From Candidatus Rokuibacteriota bacterium (GTDB lineage Bacteria > Methylomirabilota > Methylomirabilia > Rokubacteriales > CSP1-6): a stretch of DNA of 64,000 nucleotides. Positions 35,577 to 43,873 of this stretch are shown one piece after another. A program made the position numbers and the translations under genes. Every line of letters begins with the position of its first letter. Positions within the stretch are counted from its first letter, which is position 1. The notes beneath the pieces are model-generated. The model saw only the letters and a program-made list of their open reading frames with translations. It was not told the DNA's origin and searched no databases. The stretch is from positions 230-64,229 of the forward strand of contig QHTE01000068.1 in the NCBI GenBank assembly GCA_003220685.1. Direction: 5' to 3'.

Positions 35577-35643
35577 GACCGGCGCGTCGGCCGGCGCCAC
35601 AGTGTACGATAGCGCGCATCATCTCGCCGGGAGGACGCAAGCG

Positions 35644-36537
35644 ATGCTGCCGACGCACGGACGCTACGAGTACTCGAACATCACGAAGCGGCCCGACTAT
35701 GCCTGGCCCGGGGGCCGTCGCCTGGCCGTCTACGTGGCGCTCAACATCGAGGCCTTCAGCTTCGGCGCCGGTAAGGGCGCCGCCATCGCGCCGCCGGACC
35801 AGGCGCAGAGCCACAGCGTCTACAGCTGGCGCGACTACGGCAACCGCGTGGGCATCTGGCGCCTGTTCGAGCTGCTCGACGAGCTCGGCCTTCCCGCCGA
35901 GGCCCAGATGAACACGGCCGTCTACGAGATGGCGCCGGACATCCCCGAGCGGCTGCGCAAGCGCGGAGACGAGATCCTCGGGCACGGCGTCACGAACTCC
36001 GAGGAGCAGGGACATCTCGACGAGGACCAGGAGCGCGCGCTGATCGAGAGCGTGACGGGCACGATCGCGCGGCATGAAGGTACCCGGCCCATCGGGTGGA
36101 TGAGCCCGTGGCTCTCGAACAGCGCCGTCACGATGGATCTCCTGCAGGAGGCGGGCTACCGCTACGCGATGGACTGGACGATGGACGACCAGCCGATCTG
36201 GATCAAGACCCGCAAGGGCCGCATCCTCGCGATGCCGTACCCGATCGAGGTGAACGACACGCGCGGGATCGTCTGGTATCACTACACCGCGGACGAGTTC
36301 GCCGACCTGATCGTCGACCAGTTCGACGAGATGCTCGAGCAATCGGCCCGCCAGCCGCTCGTGTGCCCGATCTCGCTCCATCCGTTCGTCACCGGGCGGC
36401 CGTATCGCATCCGCCGGCTCCGCCACGCGCTCCAGCACATCCTCGGGCGGCCGGACCGCGTGTGGCTGACGCGTCCGCGCGACATCTGCGCCCACGTCGA
36501 GTCGCTCCCGGAGGGAGTCGTCCCCGGCAGTCGGTGA
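35644..36537 (+). CDS. Polysaccharide deacetylase family protein
   Basis: The start is at internal ATG 35644 (MLPTHGRYEYS..), preceded by GGGAGGA. The blocks ..RLAVYVALNIEAF.., ..GHGVTN.. and ..SLHPFVTGRPYR.. are present. Confidence 0.82.
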   Translation: MLPTHGRYEYSNITKRPDYAWPGGRRLAVYVALNIEAFSFGAGKGAAIAPPDQAQSHSVYSWRDYGNRVGIWRLFELLDELGLPAEAQMNTAVYEMAPDIPERLRKRGDEILGHGVTNSEEQGHLDEDQERALIESVTGTIARHEGTRPIGWMSPWLSNSAVTMDLLQEAGYRYAMDWTMDDQPIWIKTRKGRILAMPYPIEVNDTRGIVWYHYTADEFADLIVDQFDEMLEQSARQPLVCPISLHPFVTGRPYRIRRLRHALQHILGRPDRVWLTRPRDICAHVESLPEGVVPGSR

Positions 36538-36611
36538 CCGCGAGCGCACAGCGTGGTCTCCCGGGCACTAGGGAAGTGAGACCAAGGTCGAGTCTGTGCT
36601 CGTCGCGCGAC

Positions 36612-37406
36612 CTACGGCGCAGGCTTCTGGAAGTGCGGGAGCCCGGTATGCGCGGTGAGGCCGCCGTCGGCGACGATGGCCGCGCCCGTGATGAAGGACG
36701 CCTCGTCGGAGGCCAGGAACAGCACGGTGCTCGCAATCTCGTCGGCCTCGCCGACGCGGCCGATCGGATGGGCCTCGGCGTACACGCGCCGTAGCTCGTC
36801 GGCGCGGTCTTTCCCGAGGATCTGGGTGGCGCGCGTGTCGATGAAGCCCGGACAGACGCAGTTGACGCGGATATTGTGCCGCGCGTTCTCGATCGCGGCC
36901 GAGCGGGTCAGGTTGATCACGCCCGCCTTCGCGGCGTTATAGGACGAAAGCCCGTAGTCGCCGGCCGTGCCGGAGATCGACGCGGTATTGACGATCACGC
37001 CCTTGCCCTGGGCGCGCATGATCGGCAGGCAGTGCTTCATGCCGAGGAAGGCGCTGGTCAAGGTGACGGCGATGACGCGGTTCCAGCTCTCGAGGGAGAT
37101 TTCGTCGAGCGGCGCCGGCTCGGCCAGGCCCGCGTTGTTCATCATGATGTCGAGCCGGCCGAACGTGTCGACGGCCAGGCGAATTGTGCGCTCCACGGCC
37201 GCCGGATCCGACGCATCCATCTTGACGGCGGCGGCACGCCCGCCGCTCGCGGCGATGCTCGACCCGACCGCCTCGGCGCGCGTGCCGCTCAGATCGGCAA
37301 CGACCACCGCGGCGCCTTCGCCGGCGAAGCGCCGCGCGGTCGCGGCGCCGATCCCCGAGCCGCCCGCGGTGACGATCGCGACTCGACCCGCGAATCGAAC
37401 GGGCAT
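36612..37406 (-). CDS. SDR family oxidoreductase
   Basis: The blocks ..RVAIVTAGGSGIGAA.., ..NNAG.. and ..YNAAKAGV.. are present. Confidence 0.9.
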   Translation of the reverse strand: MPVRFAGRVAIVTAGGSGIGAATARRFAGEGAAVVVADLSGTRAEAVGSSIAASGGRAAAVKMDASDPAAVERTIRLAVDTFGRLDIMMNNAGLAEPAPLDEISLESWNRVIAVTLTSAFLGMKHCLPIMRAQGKGVIVNTASISGTAGDYGLSSYNAAKAGVINLTRSAAIENARHNIRVNCVCPGFIDTRATQILGKDRADELRRVYAEAHPIGRVGEADEIASTVLFLASDEASFITGAAIVADGGLTAHTGLPHFQKPAP

Positions 37407-37416
37407 CGCGAGCGAC

Positions 37417-38505
37417 CTAGCCGACTCGGTAACGGCGCACAGCGGTGTCGTCGAGCTCGAGCCCGAGGCCTGACCCCTGCGGCGCCACGAGCTCGCCCCT
37501 CTCGATCCGTGGCATCGCTCTGAGGATGCCCGCCGAGCGCGGCACGTACTCGACCATGTGTCCGTTCGCGACGGCCGCGAGCAGGTGCACCTGGATCTCC
37601 GGCACCACGTGACCGCAGACCGGGACGCGATGCGCCTGCGCGAGCCCGGCGATCTTCCGCCAGGGCGTGACGCCGCCTACGCGCGCCAGGTCCAGGATGA
37701 CGACGTCGACGGCGCGCGCCTCGAGTAAAGTCCGGAATGCGTCGAGGTGATAGAGATGCTCGCCGGCGGCGATCGGCACCTCGAGCCGTCGGCGGAGATC
37801 GGCGAGCCCGGCGACGTCCGAGTGATGGACGGGGTCCTCGAGCCAGGCGATGCCGGCGTCCTGCAAGACGCGACCGGTCCGGCGTGCCTGGGCCACCGTC
37901 CAGCTTTCGACGGCGTCGACCATGATGCGCACATCCGGCCCGACGGCGTCGCGCACGGCCTGGACGCGCCGCGCCTCCATCTCGGGCGCCGCTTCCTTGC
38001 CGAGCCGCAGCTTCACCGCGCCGAATCCGTTGGCTACGTGCTGCTTCGCCGACGCCGCGAGCTCTCCGGGGGAGAGGCTGACCCACAGGCCGTCGCTCGC
38101 GTAGGTTGGAAGGCGATCGCGGAAGCCGCCGAGGAGACGATAGAGCGGCTGGCCGAGCGTCTTGCCGTTGGCGTCCCACACGGCGATGTCGAGCGGCGCG
38201 AGCGCGCAGTGCAGCAGGCCGCCGGGCCCGACCCAGTCTCCGCGCCGCGCGAGCTTGCCCCAGGCGGCCTCCGGCTCGAGCACGCTCATGCCGATCAGGT
38301 GCTCGCCGAGCTCGCGCGCCGCGGCGCCGATCGCGGTCATCAGATCGGGCCGGGGATAGACGACGTAGCCGATGCCTTCGGTGCCGTCTGCCGTCGTGAC
38401 GCGGGCCAGCACGTGCCAGTTCGCGTCGACCGCCCGCCCGCCGGCGATGTACGGACGATCGACGGGTACCCGCACGACCTCGACCGCGACCTGCGAGATC
38501 TTCAC
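37417..38505 (-). CDS. Enolase-superfamily enzyme (mandelate racemase/muconate lactonizing enzyme family)
   Basis: The blocks ..GIGYVVY.., ..KLRLGK.., ..IMVDAVESW.., ..WLEDPV.. and ..IAAGEH.. are present. Confidence 0.88.
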   Translation of the reverse strand: MKISQVAVEVVRVPVDRPYIAGGRAVDANWHVLARVTTADGTEGIGYVVYPRPDLMTAIGAAARELGEHLIGMSVLEPEAAWGKLARRGDWVGPGGLLHCALAPLDIAVWDANGKTLGQPLYRLLGGFRDRLPTYASDGLWVSLSPGELAASAKQHVANGFGAVKLRLGKEAAPEMEARRVQAVRDAVGPDVRIMVDAVESWTVAQARRTGRVLQDAGIAWLEDPVHHSDVAGLADLRRRLEVPIAAGEHLYHLDAFRTLLEARAVDVVILDLARVGGVTPWRKIAGLAQAHRVPVCGHVVPEIQVHLLAAVANGHMVEYVPRSAGILRAMPRIERGELVAPQGSGLGLELDDTAVRRYRVG

Positions 38506-38512
38506 GTCGGCC

Positions 38513-39145
38513 TCAGAGCGAGAGGATGCGCTCGCTGACGATGTAGCGCTTGTTGTAGGTGTACGGCCGCACTTCCGGCTTCCAGCGCCCGATGTCCGAG
38601 GTGTCGTTCCAGAGCTTCGACATCGGCAGCGTGGTGTTCTCGACCTCGTAGGCGCAGAGGTAGCCCGGCTCGCCGGCCTCCGACGTGCGGTAGCGGACCG
38701 CGTTGACGGAGCCGGGCAGCTTGAGCAGGAGCGGCAGGTGCTCGTTGTCGTAGAGGTCGTTGAAGAGGGCCTCGCGATGACGCTCGACGTCCATCATCAC
38801 CCAGAACACGTACGGCGTTTTCCCGGTGAGCGCGGAGTTGCCGCCGACCCATTCGTACCTGGTCGGGTGCCGGTTCAGGGTGTGCGGACGGATCTCTCCG
38901 GGCCACCGTCCGGCCTCGCCCGCCTTCTTCCACGCTGCGCTGTCCAAGACGTCGAGCCCGTCGAGCTCGTACGCCGCGAGGTAGCGTGGCTCGGTCGGCG
39001 AGGGCTGCCGATAGCGCGCGGCGCGGCGGACGCCGGGCACCCCGCGCAGATTCGGGGCGTGCTCGCGGTCGTAGACCTCGTTGAAGGTGGCCTCGTGGTC
39101 GTGCGCGACGTCCATCCGGACCAGGAACAGACCGTGATTGCTCAT
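38513..39145 (-). CDS. Hypothetical protein with two tandem ferredoxin-like (EthD/DUF4286-like) halves
   Basis: The halves align: MDVAHDHEATFNEVYDREHAPNLRGVPGVRRAARY..RYLAAYELD..GRWPGEIRPHTLN versus MDVERHREALFNDLYDNEHLPLLLKLPGSVNAVRY..GYLCAYEVE..GRWKPEVRPYTYN. Confidence 0.75.
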   Translation of the reverse strand: MSNHGLFLVRMDVAHDHEATFNEVYDREHAPNLRGVPGVRRAARYRQPSPTEPRYLAAYELDGLDVLDSAAWKKAGEAGRWPGEIRPHTLNRHPTRYEWVGGNSALTGKTPYVFWVMMDVERHREALFNDLYDNEHLPLLLKLPGSVNAVRYRTSEAGEPGYLCAYEVENTTLPMSKLWNDTSDIGRWKPEVRPYTYNKRYIVSERILSL

Positions 39146-39177
39146 GAAAACCCTCCTGGCGCGTTAGCATAGCTCAC

Positions 39178-40083
39178 ATGCGCAGGGTGGGTCTGGCGCT
39201 CGTCACCGTGCTCCTGGCCGCCGTGATGGCGGCCGAGGCTCAGGATCTCGAGCCGAGGGCCTATTCCAACGCGCCCGTCGGGATGAATTTTCTGATCCTC
39301 GGCTACGGTTACACGACCGGCGACGTGGCCCTGGACGCGTCGGCGCCCATCCAAGACGGGAAGATCACGGTCCACAGCGCGGTTCTCGCCTACGCGCGCT
39401 CACTGGATGTGTGGGGTCGAGCAGGGAAGCTCGACCTGGTTCTGCCGCACGCCTGGTTGTCGGGGTCCGCCAAGTTCTCCGGACGTCCAGTGTCGACAGA
39501 GGTCTCCGGTCTGGGGGATCCGCAAGTCCGCTTTTCGTACCTCTTCTACGGGGCGCCGGCACTCACTCTGGACCAGTTCGCCGACTATCAACCCGACCTC
39601 ATCCTCGGCGCCAGCCTTGCGGTGCGGGCCCCGCTGGGCCAGTACGACTCCGACAGGCTCGTGAACATCGGGACCAATCGCTGGTCGTTCAAGCCCGAGA
39701 TCGGCATCTCGAAGACGCTCGGGCCGATGACCCTGGAGCTGGACACGAGCGCGACCTTCTACACGGACAACGACAATTTCTTCAGGGGCCGAAGGCTCCA
39801 GCGCGATCCGCTATACGCCGTGCAGGGGCACGTCATCTACCACACGAGCTTCGGGGTGTGGGCCGCCCTGGACGCGACCTACTACGGGGGCGGCCGCACG
39901 ACGATCGATGGCGTGGAGGGCGAGTCGCTGCAAGACGTTCGCGTCGGTGGGACGCTCGCGATCCCGGTCAACCGTTACAACTCGATCAAGATCTCGGTGA
40001 GCACCGGCGCCTACGCGCGCCTCGGTGGCAACTTCACGACGGCCGCCATCGCCTGGCAGTTCCGCTGGGGCGGCGGTCTCTAG
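39178..40083 (+). CDS. Outer-membrane beta-barrel protein (MetA-pathway-of-phenol-degradation-like transporter family)
   Basis: The signal peptide is MRRVGLALVTVLLAAVMAAEA, followed by QDLEPRAYSNAPVGMNFL... The pattern of alternating amphipathic strands is present, and the C-terminus ..WQFRWGGGL fits. Confidence 0.8.
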   Translation: MRRVGLALVTVLLAAVMAAEAQDLEPRAYSNAPVGMNFLILGYGYTTGDVALDASAPIQDGKITVHSAVLAYARSLDVWGRAGKLDLVLPHAWLSGSAKFSGRPVSTEVSGLGDPQVRFSYLFYGAPALTLDQFADYQPDLILGASLAVRAPLGQYDSDRLVNIGTNRWSFKPEIGISKTLGPMTLELDTSATFYTDNDNFFRGRRLQRDPLYAVQGHVIYHTSFGVWAALDATYYGGGRTTIDGVEGESLQDVRVGGTLAIPVNRYNSIKISVSTGAYARLGGNFTTAAIAWQFRWGGGL

Positions 40084-40128
40084 TCGGCCTGACGGCCACG
40101 GCGTGCCGCGTCGCCGCGTGCCGGCTCG

Positions 40129-40589
40129 CTAGCTCGCCCAGGGCAGGACGAGCGGCTTGATCTCGCGAAACGCCCGCATGTTCTGGATCGCGTCGTTGAT
40201 GCGGTCCAGGGGATAGCGCGTGGTCAGCATCGCCTCGAAGTCGTAGCGCGAGCTCGTGCGGCGCACGGGCTCGAGGGCCTTCCAGAACTGGCCGATGTCG
40301 GCCGATTGTGCGCGCCGAGCACGGTCGCCTGCTTGCGCACGAAGAGCGCGGCCTGCACCGTGCCCATCATCTCGTGGCCCAGCACGATCGGCAGCTGCGC
40401 CGGCGCCAGCGCCTGGGTCATGCCGTCCCACTGGTGGACGTCCGAGCCGCAGATCGAGGCGACGTCCACGCGCACGAGCAAGGCGCCGGGCTCGAGCTCG
40501 TCTTCGCGAGGCACCGGCAGCTCGCGGATCTCGATGGGCTTGCCGTACTCGGCGTCGACGGCGGCGCGTGCGGTCTTGGGCAGGCTCAT
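40129..40589 (-). pseudogene. Zn-dependent alcohol dehydrogenase (MDR) remnant lacking the central nucleotide-binding domain
   Basis: The N-terminal 78 codons (..VASICGSDVHQWDG..LGHEMMGTV) and the C-terminal ~56 codons (DIGQFWKALE..LTTRYPLDRINDAIQNM..IKPLVLP) are in different frames and lie only about 460 bp apart. The direct repeat GGCCGAT-gtc-GGCCGAT is at 40290-40306. Confidence 0.75.
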
Positions 40590-40669
40590 GGCGATCCTCC
40601 TGGATCGAAGCTGCGAGCGCGAGTATATGGATGTTCGCGATCCGTGACCCGATTGGGTAGGATGGCAAC

Positions 40670-40858
40670 ATGCCAGCCCCGACGAGCGAGTGTAAGCACG
40701 GATTGAAGCACGGGTGCGCCTACTGTCACGTCACGAGACCGGCAGCGTCACCACCCGCTCCCGCGAAGAAGAAGACGCGGGCGACAGCCCTGTCGGAGAA
40801 GATGAACGATCGCATGACGGCCCTGAAGCGTCGGCTGCGCGAGATTCGAGGCGAATAG
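40670..40858 (+). CDS. Possible small basic protein with a C-x7-C-x2-C-H cluster (62 aa)
   Basis: The sequence is MPAPTSECKHGLKHGCAYCHVTRP..KKKTRATALSEKMNDRMTALKRRLREIRGE. TAGGAT lies 6 nt upstream of the ATG. I recognise no family. Confidence 0.4.
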   Translation: MPAPTSECKHGLKHGCAYCHVTRPAASPPAPAKKKTRATALSEKMNDRMTALKRRLREIRGE

Positions 40859-40943
40859 GGCCGAGATTCGCGGCGAACCGGGTCCCGAGGGGGGCGTCTC
40901 GGGATTTTGGGGGCGTTCCCGCGCTGGTGCATAGTGGTGGAGG

Positions 40944-40994
40944 TGCGCGCTGCAGGCCGTCGCGGGGCTGGGGCCCTGCCGGCCCAGGCGCGCC
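40944..40994 (+). repeat. REP-like GC-rich palindromic element, copy D
   Basis: The sequence is TGCGCGCTGCAGGCCGTCGCGGGGCTGGGGCCCTGCCGGCCCAGGCGCGCC. It lies 19 nt upstream of the ATG of the transglycosylase-like gene. Confidence 0.85.
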
Positions 40995-41012
40995 TCCGAT
41001 CAAGACACCCCT

Positions 41013-41885
41013 ATGCCACAGACGCGCACCGTCAGAGCACCGGTCCGCGCGGCCAGGACCACGTCCCGCAGGGCGCGACCGCGCCCGTCGCGATTTCCGC
41101 GCATTCACTCGATCTTGCAGTTCCTCCGCCGTGCGCTCCTGGTGTTCCTGGCGCTGCCGCTGGCCGTCCGCATCATCGTCGCGACGGTGCTGATCATCCT
41201 GGTGTGGTCGGCGGTGAACTGGGCGTATCAGGTGATCCGCAAGCCGACCGAGCTGTTCTTCCCGGTGAGCGGGCGCCTCTTCAAGACGCCTTCGGAGACC
41301 TGGCGCCAGTACGCGCCGCTCTTTCGCGAGCATTCCACTGCGGTGATGACGCCCGATCTCCTGGCGGCGCTGGCTCAGGTCGAAGGTGCGGGCAACCCGG
41401 TGGCGCGGACGTACTGGCGGTGGCAGCTCTCCTGGCACCCGTTCGAGGTGTACCGGCCGGCGTCGAGCGCGGTCGGCATGTATCAGATCACCGATCCGAC
41501 CTTCCTCGAGGCGCGGCGCTACTGCATCCACGACCACGAGGTCGTGGCGGAGGGGCGGTGGTACGAGTGGCGTTCGTGCTGGTTCAACGGCGTCTACACA
41601 CGCGTCGTGCCCAGCCACGCCGTCGAGATGACGTCCGCGCTCCTGGACCGGAGCGTCTCGAGCACGGTGGCGCGGCAGCACGTCACCACCGCCACGCTCC
41701 AGCAGAAGCAGGACCTCGCGGCCGTGATCCACCTCTGCGGCGCCGGACCGGGCGACGCCTACGCGCGCCGCGGGTTCACGCTCACACCCGGGCAGAAGTG
41801 CGGCGACCACGACGTCAAGGGCTATCTCGGCGCGGTGAACACGATGAAGCGGCAGTTCGCCCGGATGGCCGACGCCGGGCGCTGA
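41013..41885 (+). CDS. Membrane-anchored lytic transglycosylase (SLT-like) domain protein
   Basis: The N-terminus is Arg-rich and is followed by a TM segment (LLVFLALPLAVRIIVATVLIILVW). The blocks ..ALAQVEGAGNP.. and ..SSAVGMYQITDPTF.. resemble the SLT catalytic E and GxMQ motifs. Confidence 0.7.
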   Translation: MPQTRTVRAPVRAARTTSRRARPRPSRFPRIHSILQFLRRALLVFLALPLAVRIIVATVLIILVWSAVNWAYQVIRKPTELFFPVSGRLFKTPSETWRQYAPLFREHSTAVMTPDLLAALAQVEGAGNPVARTYWRWQLSWHPFEVYRPASSAVGMYQITDPTFLEARRYCIHDHEVVAEGRWYEWRSCWFNGVYTRVVPSHAVEMTSALLDRSVSSTVARQHVTTATLQQKQDLAAVIHLCGAGPGDAYARRGFTLTPGQKCGDHDVKGYLGAVNTMKRQFARMADAGR

Positions 41886-42725
41886 TCAGCCTCGCATCGC
41901 CGCGGCGTAGGCGTCCAGGCGCGGCATCACTGTGTCGCGGCCCTCCGACGGGACGCCGAAGATCGCGCGCTCCACGCCGGCGGCTTCGAGCGCGTCGAGC
42001 GCCGGCCTCTTCGGCGGCGCGAAGAAGATCGAAACGGGCGCCGACTTCGGATCGCGGCCCGCCTTCTTCAAACGCTCGCGCAGCGCGGGGATCTTCTCGA
42101 CGGGGCTCGTGTGCGGGCGCATGATCGGCATCCACCCGTCGCCGAACTCCACGACGCGATCGAACGTCGTCGCCCCGTCGCCGCCGATGATGATGGGCGG
42201 GTGCGGCTTCTGGATCGGCTTGGGATCGGCCCAGATCTTGTCGAAGTTCACGAACTCGCCGTGGAACTCGGCCTCTTTCTTGGTCCAGATCTCCTTCATC
42301 GCCAGCACGCGCTCGCGCAGGAGCCGCCAGCGGCTCTTCCACGCGGTCCCGTGATTCAGCATTTCCTCTTGATTCCAGCCGCCCCCAATTCCGAACAGCA
42401 CGCGGCCGTTTGAGAGCCGATCGAGCGTCGCGACTTCCTTGGCCATCGTGATCGGATCGCGCTCGATGACTAGGCAGATGCCGGTGCCGAGCCTGAGCCG
42501 CCTGGTCGCCGCACCCGCCGCCATGAGCGCGACGAACGGGTCGTACGACGACCAGTAGTCTCTCGGGAGCTCGCCGCCGCCGGGCCACGGGCTACGCCGG
42601 CTCGCGGGAATGTGCGTGTGCTCGGGGAACCACACCGATTCGAAGCCGCGCTCCTCGAGCGCCCGCGCGAGATCGTCCGGTGCCATCGCGTACTCGGTCG
42701 GGAACATCACGACGCCGTAGTGCAT
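41886..42725 (-). CDS. LLM-class F420-dependent oxidoreductase
   Basis: The start is at internal ATG 42725 (MHYGVVMFPTEYAM..), preceded by GGGAGG. The blocks ..FESVWFPEHTHIP.. and ..LSNGRVLFGIGGGW.. are present. Confidence 0.88.
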   Translation of the reverse strand: MHYGVVMFPTEYAMAPDDLARALEERGFESVWFPEHTHIPASRRSPWPGGGELPRDYWSSYDPFVALMAAGAATRRLRLGTGICLVIERDPITMAKEVATLDRLSNGRVLFGIGGGWNQEEMLNHGTAWKSRWRLLRERVLAMKEIWTKKEAEFHGEFVNFDKIWADPKPIQKPHPPIIIGGDGATTFDRVVEFGDGWMPIMRPHTSPVEKIPALRERLKKAGRDPKSAPVSIFFAPPKRPALDALEAAGVERAIFGVPSEGRDTVMPRLDAYAAAMRG

Positions 42726-42760
42726 GAAGACCTCCCTGGGTTCGAGGTAGCATACGCCTG

Positions 42761-43855
42761 GTGACACCACCTCGGCACGTCATCGTCTGCGGCGCCGGCG
42801 TCGTCGGCGCCTCGATCGCCTACTTCCTGGCCCGACGCGGGATCGCCGTGACCGTGCTCGAGCGCTCCGGGGTGGCGTGCGCCGCGTCGGGCAAGTCCGG
42901 CGGGTTCCTGGCGCTCGACTGGTGCGACGGCTCGCCGCTCGGGCCCCTGGCCCGCGCGAGCTTCGCCCTCCACGCGGAGCTGGCCAAGGAGCTCGGCGCC
43001 GACTACGGCTACCGCCGCATGGATACGTTCATGCTGGCCGCGCGCGAGACGGGAACCGTGGCGGGCGGTCATCGCGTCGCGGCCCCGCGCTGGCTCGACG
43101 GCGCCGGGGTCGTCACGGCGGCGCTCGGCTCCACGGAGACGACCGCTCAGGTCACCCCGGCGCGTTTCACCGGGGCTCTGCTCGACGCCGCGCGGGCGCG
43201 CGGAGCTACGCTTCGGATCGCTCTCGTCGAGGACGTCGCGCGCCGCGACGCCACGGCCTCGGGTGTCGTCACGGCCGAGGGCGAGACGGTCCAGGGCGAC
43301 GCCGTCGTGCTCGCGATGGGGCCCTGGACCGGTCGGCTCGCGGGTCGGCTGCGGCTGCCCGGGATCTACGGACTCAAGGGCTATAGCGTGACCCTCGCCG
43401 CGCCGGACGTGCCGGCCCACGCGCTCTTCGTCGACTACCGCACCGCCGACGGCCGCGCGCTGGAGCCGGAGATCTTTCCGCGGCCCGAAGGCGAGGTCTA
43501 CGTGTGCGGCATGGCCGACCCCGCGCCGCTGCCGGAATCGCCCGAGCTGGTGGAGGTGAACGACGGCTCGTGCGCGGTCCTGGCTCGCGCCGCCGGTCGC
43601 GTCTCGACGACGCTGGCGGACGCGCGCATCGTGCGTCGCCAGGCGTGCTACCGGCCGGTGACCGACGACGGGCTTCCGCTGATCGGCCGCGTGCCCGGTC
43701 TGCGGGGCGCGTACGTCGCGACCGGCCACGGACCGTGGGGAATTCTCAACGCGCCCGCCACCGGTCTGGCGATGGCCGAGCTCGTCGCCGAGGACGCGCC
43801 CTCGCTCGTCGACCTGCGCGCGTTCGATCCGGCGCGGCTACGCGCCGCCCGGTGA
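42761..43855 (+). CDS. FAD-dependent oxidoreductase (DAO family)
   Basis: The start is GTG. The dinucleotide motif VIVCGAGVVGASIAYFLARRG is present. TAGCAT lies 7 nt upstream of the start. Confidence 0.85.
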   Translation: MTPPRHVIVCGAGVVGASIAYFLARRGIAVTVLERSGVACAASGKSGGFLALDWCDGSPLGPLARASFALHAELAKELGADYGYRRMDTFMLAARETGTVAGGHRVAAPRWLDGAGVVTAALGSTETTAQVTPARFTGALLDAARARGATLRIALVEDVARRDATASGVVTAEGETVQGDAVVLAMGPWTGRLAGRLRLPGIYGLKGYSVTLAAPDVPAHALFVDYRTADGRALEPEIFPRPEGEVYVCGMADPAPLPESPELVEVNDGSCAVLARAAGRVSTTLADARIVRRQACYRPVTDDGLPLIGRVPGLRGAYVATGHGPWGILNAPATGLAMAELVAEDAPSLVDLRAFDPARLRAAR

Positions 43856-43873
43856 TATAGTCCGGCCACGATC

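Noticed and set aside
36541-36606. Nested imperfect inverted repeats between the convergent deacetylase and SDR genes, as a terminator
   Set aside because: The stems are short or mismatched with a 17-nt loop, and there is no U-tract. It is too weak to call.
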